From Nemertoderma westbladi (lineage: Eukaryota > Animalia > Xenacoelomorpha), in contig JAUCBJ010003185.1 in the NCBI GenBank assembly GCA_032718475.1, positions 1 through 38,261 on the forward strand: a DNA stretch of 38,261 nt, read 5' to 3'. The translations under genes were made by a program, and so were the position numbers. Below, in pieces: positions 22,225-34,833 of the stretch. The stretch's first letter is position 1. Every line of letters starts with the position of its first letter. The notes beneath the pieces are model-generated. The model searched no databases and was not told the origin of the DNA. It saw only the letters and a list, made by a program, of their open reading frames with translations.

Positions 22225-22467
22225 TCACATCTCTGCGGAGGTCGTGAGTTCGATCCCGGAATGGGGCATCCGGACAGTTTTCGTTCCGTTACGAATGCTT
22301 GAAAGGGACTAGACTGGGCGCTTCTCTGCATTAAATGGTAGCTAAATGAGTAACTGAGTTTACTCTGGGGAGTATAGTTGTGGGGGGAGCGCACTGGAAA
22401 TAAGTCTACAGACTTTGTACGTAATCTCTGGTCTAACAGCCGAAGATTACTTTACTTTACTTTTTAC
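22225..22467 (+). mobile_element. 5'-truncated tRNA-derived SINE with (TTTAC)n tail
   Basis: B box GAGTTCGATCCC; core shared with 3306-3500 (CAGTTTTCGTT, AAAGGGAC, AGCTAAATGAGTA, CTCTGGGGAGTA, CGCACTGGAAATAAGTC); tail TTACTTTACTTTAC. Confidence 0.8.
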
Positions 22468-22560
22468 ATTACTGTGCCATTTGATTGTTGGTTCGGATGG
22501 ATTTTAACTCTTCTACAACTGTACCATTTTCGGGCTGCAGTTCAGGTTCCAGTTACCAAC

Positions 22561-22813
22561 CTAATATCGCGATAACCTCGTCATCCTGTAAGACTTCCAA
22601 CGACCCCGCCGCTATGAAGCACAGTTGGTCTATACTCTCCCCCATATGGAATATAAGATCCCCCGGAGCGTTGTGAGTCAGGTCCAAGTTGATAGCCAGC
22701 GCACGCAGACACCCCTCACTCGCTAATCGGAACGCTGGATGTGTGTTGAACACCTGTCTGTTCATATGAACGCATAAGTCCGCCCGCATATCCTTAGGGC
22801 AGTAGCTTAGCAC
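22561..22813 (-). CDS. eag: EAG-subfamily K+ channel, internal exon encoding the C-linker and start of the CNBHD
   Basis: [40 protein letters not shown]...[36 protein letters not shown](G). Acceptor tttttcatacag, donor gttggt. 253 nt; joins the 11501 exon in frame to give [10 protein letters not shown]. Confidence 0.95.
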
Positions 22814-25800
22814 CTGTATGAAAAACAAAGTATTAAAGTGATACAGTAGTGCGTCACATTGATATGTTTAATTAAATACATATTCGAACTTGTATGTTCT
22901 GAATATGTTCTCCATTTGGAACCATTTAAAAAATAAATCCCGGATTTGAAGTCCTCCTGTCTGGGCAGCGTATTCTCAATCCTTACACTACTACTGCAGG
23001 AACGCTTCTTGAATTGACACCTGGGATTGGTTATTACAGTAGGCTATAGTTTTATGGGACGCTGGAATTACGTAAGGAATAGAAAAGAGAGGTCAAAAAA
23101 TACTGTAGTTTAAGGTTTTTTTTCACTCAGTTGACAATATAAAAAATATTCCAAACGTTACTGTAAGAAATGGAAAAAGTGGGCGAAGTGATTATTTCCT
23201 CATTAGGTTGGTGAAAATTCAGTTGAAAATATAACACACGTTCGTTGGATCTTCGCGCAGCACGAGGCTCAGTTATGAGATACAAAGTTAAATTGATTTA
23301 TTCTATCACAAAATCGTATTTAAGAAATTTAACAAACCCCAAATAAATCAAAGAACAGTGGAAAGTTCCTCCCCTTCAACAGTCGTTTTAATCTGCACCC
23401 CAACCCAAAGGAGCACAGAGGATTGATGAAAGGCAGAGGTATTAACAGAAAATTATTGATGTTTTAAAAGTAATATATTTTAGGCCTGGGGGGCGACCCA
23501 ATTTGTAAGAATTATTAAAGCTTACATTATGCCGATTGTATTGATACTGAAATATTAGAGGTAGACTGGGTATGGGATCTTCAGTTTATTTAAGACCTCA
23601 CAAAATCTCAGTCTGAGGTCTAGAATATAAGTGCCAGGTATCAATCAGGAAGAAAGTGTCATAAACAATAATAGGCCTACTTAAGGGCTGAAGGTTTTCA
23701 TTTCAGATATTTCTAAAATTTCTAAAATCCACATCGTGTACTGTACGTACGTACAGTTGTCATATTTGGAGAGAAGTTTCGGAATGCTGTTTTAATTTGA
23801 CGACAATTTCAGATCGATCGAATGTCTACAGTAGATCGAATAAATTGTAACATGTAATGAAGTATTATCGGTAGTAATAATGAAACTACCGATATACGCA
23901 TAATGTAGTATAAATATGTAGTATAAATATGTAGTATAAGTAATGTAGTATAAATAATGTAGTATAAATATGTAGCATAAATAATATAGTATAAATAAAG
24001 TAGTATAAATATGTAGTATAAATAATGCAGTATAAATAATGTAGTATAAATATGTAGCATAAATAATATAGTATAAATAAAGTAGTATATATAATGTAGT
24101 ATAAATAATGTAGTATAAATAATGTAGTATAAATATGTAAGTATAAATAATGCAGTATAAATAATGTAGTATAAATATGTAGTATAAATAATGTAGTATA
24201 AATAAAGTAGTATAAATATGTAGTATAAATAATGTACTGTAGTATAAATATGTAGTATAAATAATGTACTGTAGTATAAATATGTAGTATAAATAATGTA
24301 GTGTAAATAATGTAGTATAAATAATGTAGTGTAGTATAAATAATGTAGTGCAAATAATGTAGTATAAATATGTAGTATAAATAATGTAGTATAAATATGT
24401 AGTATAAATAATGTAGTATAAATAATGTAGTATAAATATGTAGTATAAATAATGTAGTATAAATATGTAGTATAAATAATGTAGTATAAATAATGTAGTG
24501 TAAATAATAATGCAGTATAAATAATGTAGTATAAATAAAGTAGTATAAATAATTTAGTATAAATATGTAGTATAAATAATGTAGTGTAAATAATGTAGTA
24601 TAAATAAAGTAGTATAAATATGTAGTATAAATAATGTAGTATAAATATGTAGTATAAATAATGTAGTGTAAATAATGTAGTATAAATAATGTAGTGTAGT
24701 ATAAATAATGTAGTGTAGTATAAATAATGTAGTGTAAGTAATGTAGTATAAATACTGTATGTAGTATAAATAATGTAGAATAAATAATGTATAAATAATG
24801 TAGTATAAATATGTAGTATAAATAATGTAGTGTAAATAATAATGCAGTATAAATAATGTAGTATAAATAAAGTAGTATAAATAATGTAGTATAAATATGT
24901 AGTATAAATAATGTAGTATAAATAATGTAGTATAAATAATGTAGTATAAATAATGTAGTATAAATATGTAGTATAAATAATGTAGTATAAATAATGTAGT
25001 GTAAATAATGTACTATAAATAATGTAGTACAAATAATATAGTATAAATAAAGTAGTATAAATAATGTAGTATAAATATGTAGTATAAATAATGTAGTATA
25101 AATAATGTAGTATAAATAATGTAGTATAAATATGTAGTATAAATAATGTAGTATAAATAATCTAGTGTAAATAATGTACTATAAATAATGTAGTACAAAT
25201 AATGTAGTACAAATAATGTAGTATAAATAAAGTAGTATAAATAATGTAGTATAAATATGTAGTATAAATAATGTAGTATAAATAATGTAGTATAAATAAT
25301 GTAGTATAAATATGTAGTATAAATAATGTAGTATAAATAATGTAGTGTAGTATAAATAAAGTAGTATAAATATGTAGTATAAATAATGCAGTATAAATAA
25401 TGTAGTATAAATATGTAGCATAAATAATATAGTATAAATAAAGTAGTATAAATATGTAGTATAAATAATGCAGTATAAATAATGTAGTATAAATATGTAG
25501 TATAAATAATGTAATATAAATAAAGTAGTATAAATATGTAGTATAAATAATGTACTGTAGTATAAATATGTAGTATAAATAATGTAGTGTAAATAATGTA
25601 GTATAAATAATGTAGTGTAAATAATGTAGTATAAATAATGTAGTGTAGTATAAATAATGTAGTGCAAATAATGTAGTATAAATATGTAGTATAAATAATG
25701 TAGTATAAATATGTAGTATAAATAATGTAGTATAAATAATGTAGTATAAATATGTAGTATAAATAATGTAGTATAAATATGTAGTATAAATAATGTAGTA

Positions 25801-28800
25801 TAAATAATGTAGTGTAAATAATAATGCAGTATAAATAATGTAGTATAAATAAAGTAGTATAAATAATTTAGTATAAATATGTAGTATAAATAATGTAGTG
25901 TAAATAATGTAGTATAAATAAAGTAGTATAAATATGTAGTATAAATAATGTAGTATAAATATGTAGTATAAATAATGTAGTGTAAATAATGTAGTATAAA
26001 TAATGTAGTGTAGTATAAATAATGTAGTGTAGTATAAATAATGTAGTGTAAGTAATGTAGTATAAATACTGTATGTAGTATAAATAATGTAGAATAAATA
26101 ATGTATAAATAATGTAGCATAAATATGTAGTATAAATAATGTATAAATAATGTAGTGTAAAAAATAATGCAGTATAAATAATGTAGTATAAATAAAGTAG
26201 TATAAATAATGTAGTATAAATATGTAGTATAAATAATGTAGTATAAATAATGTAGTATAAATAATGTAGTATAAATAATGTAGTATAAATATGTAGTATA
26301 AATAATGTAGTATAAATAATGTAGTGTAAATAATGTACTATAAATAATGTAGTACAAATAATATAGTATAAATAAAGTAGTATAAATAATGTAGTATAAA
26401 TATGTAGTATAAATAATGTAGTATAAATAATGTAGTATAAATAATGTAGTATAAATATGTAGTATAAATAATGTAGTATAAATAATCTAGTGTAAATAAT
26501 GTACTATAAATAATGTAGTACAAATAATGTAGTACAAATAATGTAGTATAAATAAAGTAGTATAAATAATGTAGTATAAATATGTAGTATAAATAACGTA
26601 GTATAAATAATGTAGTATAAATATGTAGTATAAATAATGTAGTATAAATAATGTAGTGTAGTATAAATAAAGTAGTATAAATATGTAGTATAAATAATGC
26701 AGTATAAATAATGTAGTATAAATATGTAGCATAAATAATATAGTATAAATAAAGTAGTATAAATATGTAGTATAAATAATGCAGTATAAATAATGTAGTA
26801 TAAATATGTAGTATAAATAATGTAGTATAAATAAAGTAGTATAAATATGTAGTATAAATAATGTACTGTAGTATAAATATGTAGTGTAAATAATGTAGTA
26901 TAAATAATGTAGTGTAAATAATGTAGTATAAATAATGTAGTGTAGTATAAATAATGTAGTGCAAATAATGTAGTATAAATATGTAGTATAAATAATGTAG
27001 TATAAATATGTAGTATAAATAATGTAGTATAAATAATGTAGTATAAATATGTAGTATAAATAATGTAGTATAAATATGTAGTATAAATAATGTAGTATAA
27101 ATAATGTAGTGTAAATAATAATGCAGTATAAATAATGTAGTATAAATAAAGTAGTATAAATAATTTAGTATAAATATGTAGTATAAATAATGTAGTGTAA
27201 ATAATGTAGTATAAATAAAGTAGTATAAATATGTAGTATAAATAATGTAGTATAAATATGTAGTATAAATAATGTAGTGTAAATAATGTAGTATAAATAA
27301 TGTAGTGTAGTATAAATAATGTAGTGTAAGTAATGTAGTATAAATATGTAGTATAAATAATGTAGTATAAATATGTAGTATAAATAATGTATAAATAATG
27401 TAGTATAAATATGTAGTATAAATAATGTATAAATAATGTAGTGTAAATAATAATGCAGTATAAATAATGTAGTATAAATAAAGTAGTATAAATAATGTAG
27501 TATAAATATGTAGTATAAATAATGTAGTATAAATAATGTAGTACAAATAATATAGTATAAATAAAGTAGTATAAATAATGTAGTATAAATATGTAGTATA
27601 AATAATGTAGTATAAATAATGTAGTATAAATAATGTAGTATAAATATGTAGTATAAATAATGTAGTATAAATAATCTAGTGTAAATAATGTACTATAAAT
27701 AATGTAGTACAAATAATGTAGTACAAATAATGTAGTATAAATAAAGTAGTATAAATAATGTAGTATAAATATGTAGTATAAATAATGTAGTATAAATAAT
27801 GTAGTATAAATAATGTAGTATAAATATGTAGTATAAATAATGTAGTATAAATAATGTAGTGTAGTATAAATAAAGTAGTATAAATATGTAGTATAAATAA
27901 TGCAGTATAAATAATGTAGTATAAATATGTAGCATAAATAATATAGTATAAATAAAGTAGTATAAATATGTAGTATAAATAATGCAGTATAAATAATGTA
28001 GTATAAATATGTAGTATAAATAATGTAGTATAAATAAAGTAGTATAAATATGTAGTATAAATAATGTACTGTAGTATAAATATGTAGTATAAATAATGTA
28101 CTGTAGTATAAATATGTAGTATAAATAATGTAGTGTAAATAATGTAGTATAAATAATGTAGTGTAGTATAAATAATGTAGTGCAAATAATGTAGTATAAA
28201 TATGTAGTATAAATAATGTAGTATAAATATGTAGTATAAATAATGTAGTATAAATAATGTAGTATAAATATGTAGTATAAATAATGTAGTATAAATATGT
28301 AGTATAAATAATGTAGTATAAATAATGTAGTGTAAATAATAATGCAGTATAAATAATGTAGTATAAATAAAGTAGTATAAATAATTTAGTATAAATATGT
28401 AGTATAAATAATGTAGTGTAAATAATGTAGTATAAATAAAGTAGTATAAATATGTAGTATAAATAATGTAGTATAAATATGTAGTATAAATAATGTAGTG
28501 TAAATAATGTAGTATAAATAATGTAGTGTAGTATAAATAATGTAGTGTAGTATAAATAATGTAGTGTAAGTAATGTAGTATAAATACTGTATGTAGTATA
28601 AATAATGTAGAATAAATAATGTATAAATAATGTAGTATAAATATGTAGTATAAATAATGTATAAATAATGTAGTGTAAATAATAATGCAGTATAAATAAT
28701 GTAGTATAAATAAAGTAGTATAAATAATGTAGTATAAATATGTAGTATAAATAATGTAGTATAAATAATGTAGTATAAATAATGTAGTATAAATAATGTA

Positions 28801-31800
28801 GTATAAATATGTAGTATAAATAATGTAGTATAAATAATGTAGTGTAAATAATGTACTATAAATAATGTAGTACAAATAATATAGTATAAATAAAGTAGTA
28901 TAAATAATGTAGTATAAATATGTAGTATAAATAATGTAGTATAAATAATGTAGTATAAATAATGTAGTATAAATATGTAGTATAAATAATGTAGTATAAA
29001 TAATCTAGTGTAAATAATGTACTATAAATAATGTAGTACAAATAATGTAGTACAAATAATGTAGTATAAATAAAGTAGTATAAATAATGTAGTATAAATA
29101 TGTAGTATAAATAATGTAGTATAAATAATGTAGTATAAATAATGTAGTATAAATATGTAGTATAAATAATGTAGTATAAATAATGTAGTGTAGTATAAAT
29201 AAAGTAGTATAAATATGTAGTATAAATAATGCAGTATAAATAATGTAGTATAAATATGTAGCATAAATAATATAGTATAAATAAAGTAGTATAAATATGT
29301 AGTATAAATAATGCAGTATAAATAATGTAGTATAAATATGTAGTATAAATAATGTAGTATAAATAAAGTAGTATAAATATGTAGTATAAATAATGTACTG
29401 TAGTATAAATATGTAGTATAAATAATGTAGTGTAAATAATGTAGTATAAATAATGTAGTGTAAATAATGTAGTATAAATAATGTAGTGTAGTATAAATAA
29501 TGTAGTGCAAATAATGTAGTATAAATATGTAGTATAAATAATGTAGTATAAATATGTAGTATAAATAATGTAGTATAAATAATGTAGTATAAATATGTAG
29601 TATAAATAATGTAGTATAAATATGTAGTATAAATAATGTAGTATAAATAATGTAGTGTAAATAATAATGCAGTATAAATAATGTAGTATAAATAAAGTAG
29701 TATAAATAATTTAGTATAAATATGTAGTATAAATAATGTAGTGTAAATAATGTAGTATAAATAAAGTAGTATAAATATGTAGTATAAATAATGTAGTATA
29801 AATATGTAGTATAAATAATGTAGTGTAAATAATGTAGTATAAATAATGTAGTGTAGTATAAATAATGTAGTGTAAGTAATGTAGTATAAATATGTAGTAT
29901 AAATAATGTAGTATAAATATGTAGTATAAATAATGTATAAATAATGTAGTATAAATATGTAGTATAAATAATGTATAGATAATGTAGTGTAAATAATAAT
30001 GCAGTATAAATAATGTAGTATAAATAAAGTAGTATAAATAATGTAGTATAAATATGTAGTATAAATAATGTAGTATAAATAATGTAGTACAAATAATATA
30101 GTATAAATAAAGTAGTATAAATAATGTAGTATAAATATGTAGTATAAATAATGTAGTATAAATAATGTAGTATAAATAATGTAGTATAAATAATGTAGTG
30201 TAGTATAAATAATGTAGTGCAAATAATGTAGTATAAATATGTAGTATAAATAATGTAGTATAAATATGTAGTATAAATAATGTAGTATAAATAATGTAGT
30301 ATAAATATGTAGTATAAATAAAGTAGTATAAATATGTAGTATAAATAATGTAGTGTAAATAATGTAGTATAAATAATGTAGTGTAAATAATGTAGTATAA
30401 ATAATGTAGTGTAGTATAAATAATGTAGTGCAAATAATGTAGTATAAATATGTAGTATAAATAATGTAGTATAAATATGTAGTATAAATAATGTAGTATA
30501 AATAATGTAGTATAAATATGTAGTATAAATAATGTAGTATAAATATGTAGTATAAATAATGTAGTATAAATAATGTAGTGTAAATAATAATGCAGTATAA
30601 ATAATGTAGTATAAATAAAGTAGTATAAATAATTTAGTATAAATATGTAGTATAAATAATGTAGTGTAAATAATGTAGTATAAATAAAGTAGTATAAATA
30701 TGTAGTATAAATAATGTAGTATAAATATGTAGTATAAATAATGTAGTGTAAATAATGTAGTATAAATAATGTAGTGTAGTATAAATAATGTAGTGTAAGT
30801 AATGTAGTATAAATATGTAGTATAAATAATGTAGTATAAATATGTAGTATAAATAATGTATAAATAATGTAGTATAAATATGTAGTATAAATAATGTATA
30901 GATAATGTAGTGTAAATAATAATGCAGTATAAATAATGTAGTATAAATAAAGTAGTATAAATAATGTAGTATAAATATGTAGTATAAATAATGTAGTATA
31001 AATAATGTAGTACAAATAATATAGTATAAATAAAGTAGTATAAATAATGTAGTATAAATATGTAGTATAAATAATGTAGTATAAATAATGTAGTATAAAT
31101 AATGTAGTATAAATATGTAGTATAAATAATGTAGTATAAATAATCTAGTGTAAATAATGTACTATAAATAATGTAGTACAAATAATGTAGTACAAATAAT
31201 GTAGTATAAATAAAGTAGTATAAATAATGTAGTATAAATATGTAGTATAAATAATGTAGTATAAATAATGTAGTATAAATAATGTAGTATAAATATGTAG
31301 TATAAATAATGTAGTATAAATAATGTAGTGTAGTATAAATAAAGTAGTATAAATATGTAGTATAAATAATGCAGTATAAATAATGTAGTATAAATATGTA
31401 GCATAAATAATATAGTATAAATAAAGTAGTATAAATATGTAGTATAAATAATGCAGTATAAATAATGTAGTATAAATATGTAGTATAAATAATGTAGTAT
31501 AAATAAAGTAGTATAAATATGTAGTATAAATAATGTACTGTAGTATAAATATGTAGTATAAATAATGTACTGTAGTATAAATATGTAGTATAAATAATGT
31601 AGTGTAAATAATGTAGTATAAATAATGTAGTGTAAATAATGTAGTATAAATAATGTAGTGTAGTATAAATAATGTAGTGCAAATAATGTAGTATAAATAT
31701 GTAGTATAAATAATGTAGTATAAATATGTAGTATAAATAATGTAGTATAAATAATGTAGTATAAATATGTAGTATAAATAATGTAGTATAAATATGTAGT

Positions 31801-31857
31801 ATAAATAATGTAGTATAAATAATGTAGTGTAAATAATAATGTAGTATAAATAATGTA

Positions 31858-31986
31858 TATACTACTATTTATACTACATTATTTATACTACATATTTATA
31901 CTACTTTATTTATACTACATTATTTACACTACATTATTTATACTACATATTTATACTAAATTATTTATACTACTTTATTTATACTA
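31858..31986. repeat. Inverted satellite segment forming a palindrome with the following about 115 bp
   Basis: The strand switches to (TATTTATACTACAT)n. Its reverse complement reproduces the variant order of 31987-32104. Confidence 0.93.
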
Positions 31987-32466
31987 GTAGTATAAATAAT
32001 TTAGTATAAATATGTAGTATAAATAATGTAGTGTAAATAATGTAGTATAAATAAAGTAGTATAAATATGTAGTATAAATAATGTAGTATAAATATGTAGT
32101 ATAAATAATGTAGTGTAAATAATGTAGTATAAATAATGTAGTGTAGTATAAATAATGTAGTGTAAGTAATGTAGTATAAATATGTAGTATAAATAATGTA
32201 GTATAAATATGTAGTATAAATAATGTATAAATAATGTAGTATAAATATGTAGTATAAATAATGTATAAATAATGTAGTGTAAATAATAATGCAGTATAAA
32301 TAATGTAGTATAAATAAAGTAGTATAAATAATGTAGTATAAATATGTAGTATAAATAATGTAGTATAAATAATGTAGTATAAATAATGTAGTATAAATAA
32401 TTTAGTATAAATATGTAGTATAAATAATGTAGTATAAATAATGTAGTGTAAATAATGTACTATAAA

Positions 32467-34092
32467 CTAGAGAGCCAGCAAGCTGGCTGGAAGGAGCCCG
32501 GGGGGAAGAATCCTAGCCAATACTAAACTAAACAATTGTCTAAATGGTGTGATGATACATAGCTGACTTTGTGGCTTGCCCCACATAATAAAAAATGAAA
32601 CTTTGCTGCCACTAACAACCGAATATTTATAAGAAAATGCCCATGATTCACAACCAGATAAATAACAAGTTAGATTTACCAGTACAGGTACGGTTACCTT
32701 TCTTTTTGAAAACCATTAGATTTAACAATTAATAGAAGTCTAGGTCGCGGCGAAAAATAATAACGCAAATTAAACAACCATACAATCGGCCTACACACTT
32801 TTTTATTATTCGAAATAAATTCGCTAACAGAAAATATCTAAACTAATTTATTTATTTACTAATTAATCTAAACGAGAAGGTGAACAATTGTTTCTACACA
32901 ATTAATTATGACGACTTTTATGGGATATGTAATATTTACTGTTCAATAATAATTTACAATCTCCCATTCCAACACATTCCCAGAGAGTAATAATATCATC
33001 AATATAACAAACTAAGTGGATTATAATTCGATTTCTTCAGCCAAGTCCGATAGCTATTTTTCTGAAATTTATATTGCTAATTTAATTATTTGGCATATTC
33101 TGTTTGTGGCGCAGACTATAATAATAATAACATTGTTGACATACAGTCTTTGAACCTTTCAGTCTTTCTCAGCAGTACTTTGTGGCTCGTCCCACATAAT
33201 AAAAACTGAAACTTTGCTATGACAACACACCCGGTTCTTTTAAATTTGCGTGATTTGATTTATGCTCGCACCACTATTTGTAAGAAATATTAAAACTTAT
33301 CTTACAGTATGCCAATGTAGTAATGGTATTAAAATATAATTAAATTAATTTACACTATTAATGCTTCAGCTAAAAAATCGTTTCAGCTAAAAAATCGTAT
33401 GTAATAAAAAAAATAAGAATATTTTTAATATGTGTATATGTAATATAGGTATTACTGCTAAGTTAGGCAGTAGGCCAGAGCGGGTTCCTTAAATACATGC
33501 AACTACTGTATTATAGTGTAGGACAACTATAAAACATTTTGCAATCCACAGTGAGTATCGACTGCAATAGGACACAACACACTGCTTTGTGTAACTAAAA
33601 TTCATTCTCCTGATCCACCCCCTAACATAGCAGAGTGAGTAACCTTATTGTAGATATACCCTTAGGAAGCACTGGGAGAGCAATCAGCTTATGGGGTAAT
33701 ACATTAGAAACCAACAGCTTATGTGTGAGTAAACATTGACTTTCCTCATAGCCTACTAGTAAAACTTGGCAACCAATACGTTTTACTATGACTGTGTATA
33801 ACATATTAAGCCATATTTCATCATGAACACCAGCTGTTATTTTACCATTGCTTTTAATTTCGCGACAAAACAATGTCAAAAAACTAAATATATCGAATAC
33901 CACACATAGAATCGATCTGAAATTTTGTAACGCGATTATGAACCTCAAAAGCAATGTACTTGCAAAATTTCATCAAAATCGCCAGGCAGGAAGTGCCTTA
34001 ACCTAGATAATTATCAGTCAGTCAGTGTCAGTCAATGTAATGTATCCTGAAGATTCTTACAGTAAGTATCCCGCTGTCAAGCGGGCTCCTAA
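32467..34092 (-). mobile_element. Non-autonomous Helentron-associated element (DINE-1/HINE architecture), copy 1
   Basis: Minus strand reads: 5' TT-AGGAGCCCGCTTGACAGCGGG (subTIR plus partial IR), (GACT)n microsatellite, GATTTTGATGAAATTTTG, 3' subTIR CGGGCTCCT, hairpin AGCCAGC-TT-GCTGGCT, CTAG-TTT. Inserted at a T-run with no TSD. Confidence 0.8.
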
Positions 34093-34833
34093 TAATGTAG
34101 TACAAATAATGTAGTATAAATAAAGTAGTATAAATAATGTAGTATAAATATGTAGTATAAATAATGTAGTATAAATAATGTAGTATAAATAATGTAGTAT
34201 AAATATGTAGTATAAATAATGTAGTATAAATAATGTAGTGTAAATAATGTACTATAAATAATGTAGTACAAATAATGTAGTACAAATAATGTAGTATTAT
34301 AAATAAAGTAGTATAAATAATGTAGTATAAATATGTAGTATAAATAATGTAGTATAAATAATGTAGTATAAATAATGTAGTATAAATAATGTAGTATAAA
34401 TATGTAGTATAAATAATGTAGTATAAATAATGTAGTGTAGTATAAATAATGTAGTGTAAATAATGTAGTATAAATATGTAGTATAAATAATGTAGTATAA
34501 ATATGTAGTATAAATAATGTAGTGTAAATAATGTAGTATAAATAATGTAGTGTAAATAATGTAGTATAAATAATGTAGTGTAAATAATGTAGTATAAATA
34601 ATGTAGTGTAAATAATGTAGTATAAATAATGTAGTATAAATAATGTAGTATAAATATGTAGTATAAATAATGTAGTATAAATAATGTAGTATAAATATTT
34701 AGTATAAATAATGTAGTGTAAATAATGTAGTATAAATAATGTAGTGTAAATAATGTAGTATAAATAATTTAGTATAAATATGTAGTATAAATAATGTAGT
34801 ATAAATAATGTAGTGTAAATAATGTACTATAAA

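Noticed and set aside
33622-33954. 110-aa ORF present twice (also 35989-36321)
   Set aside because: Non-ATG start, no recognisable domain; identity simply reflects the recent duplication.
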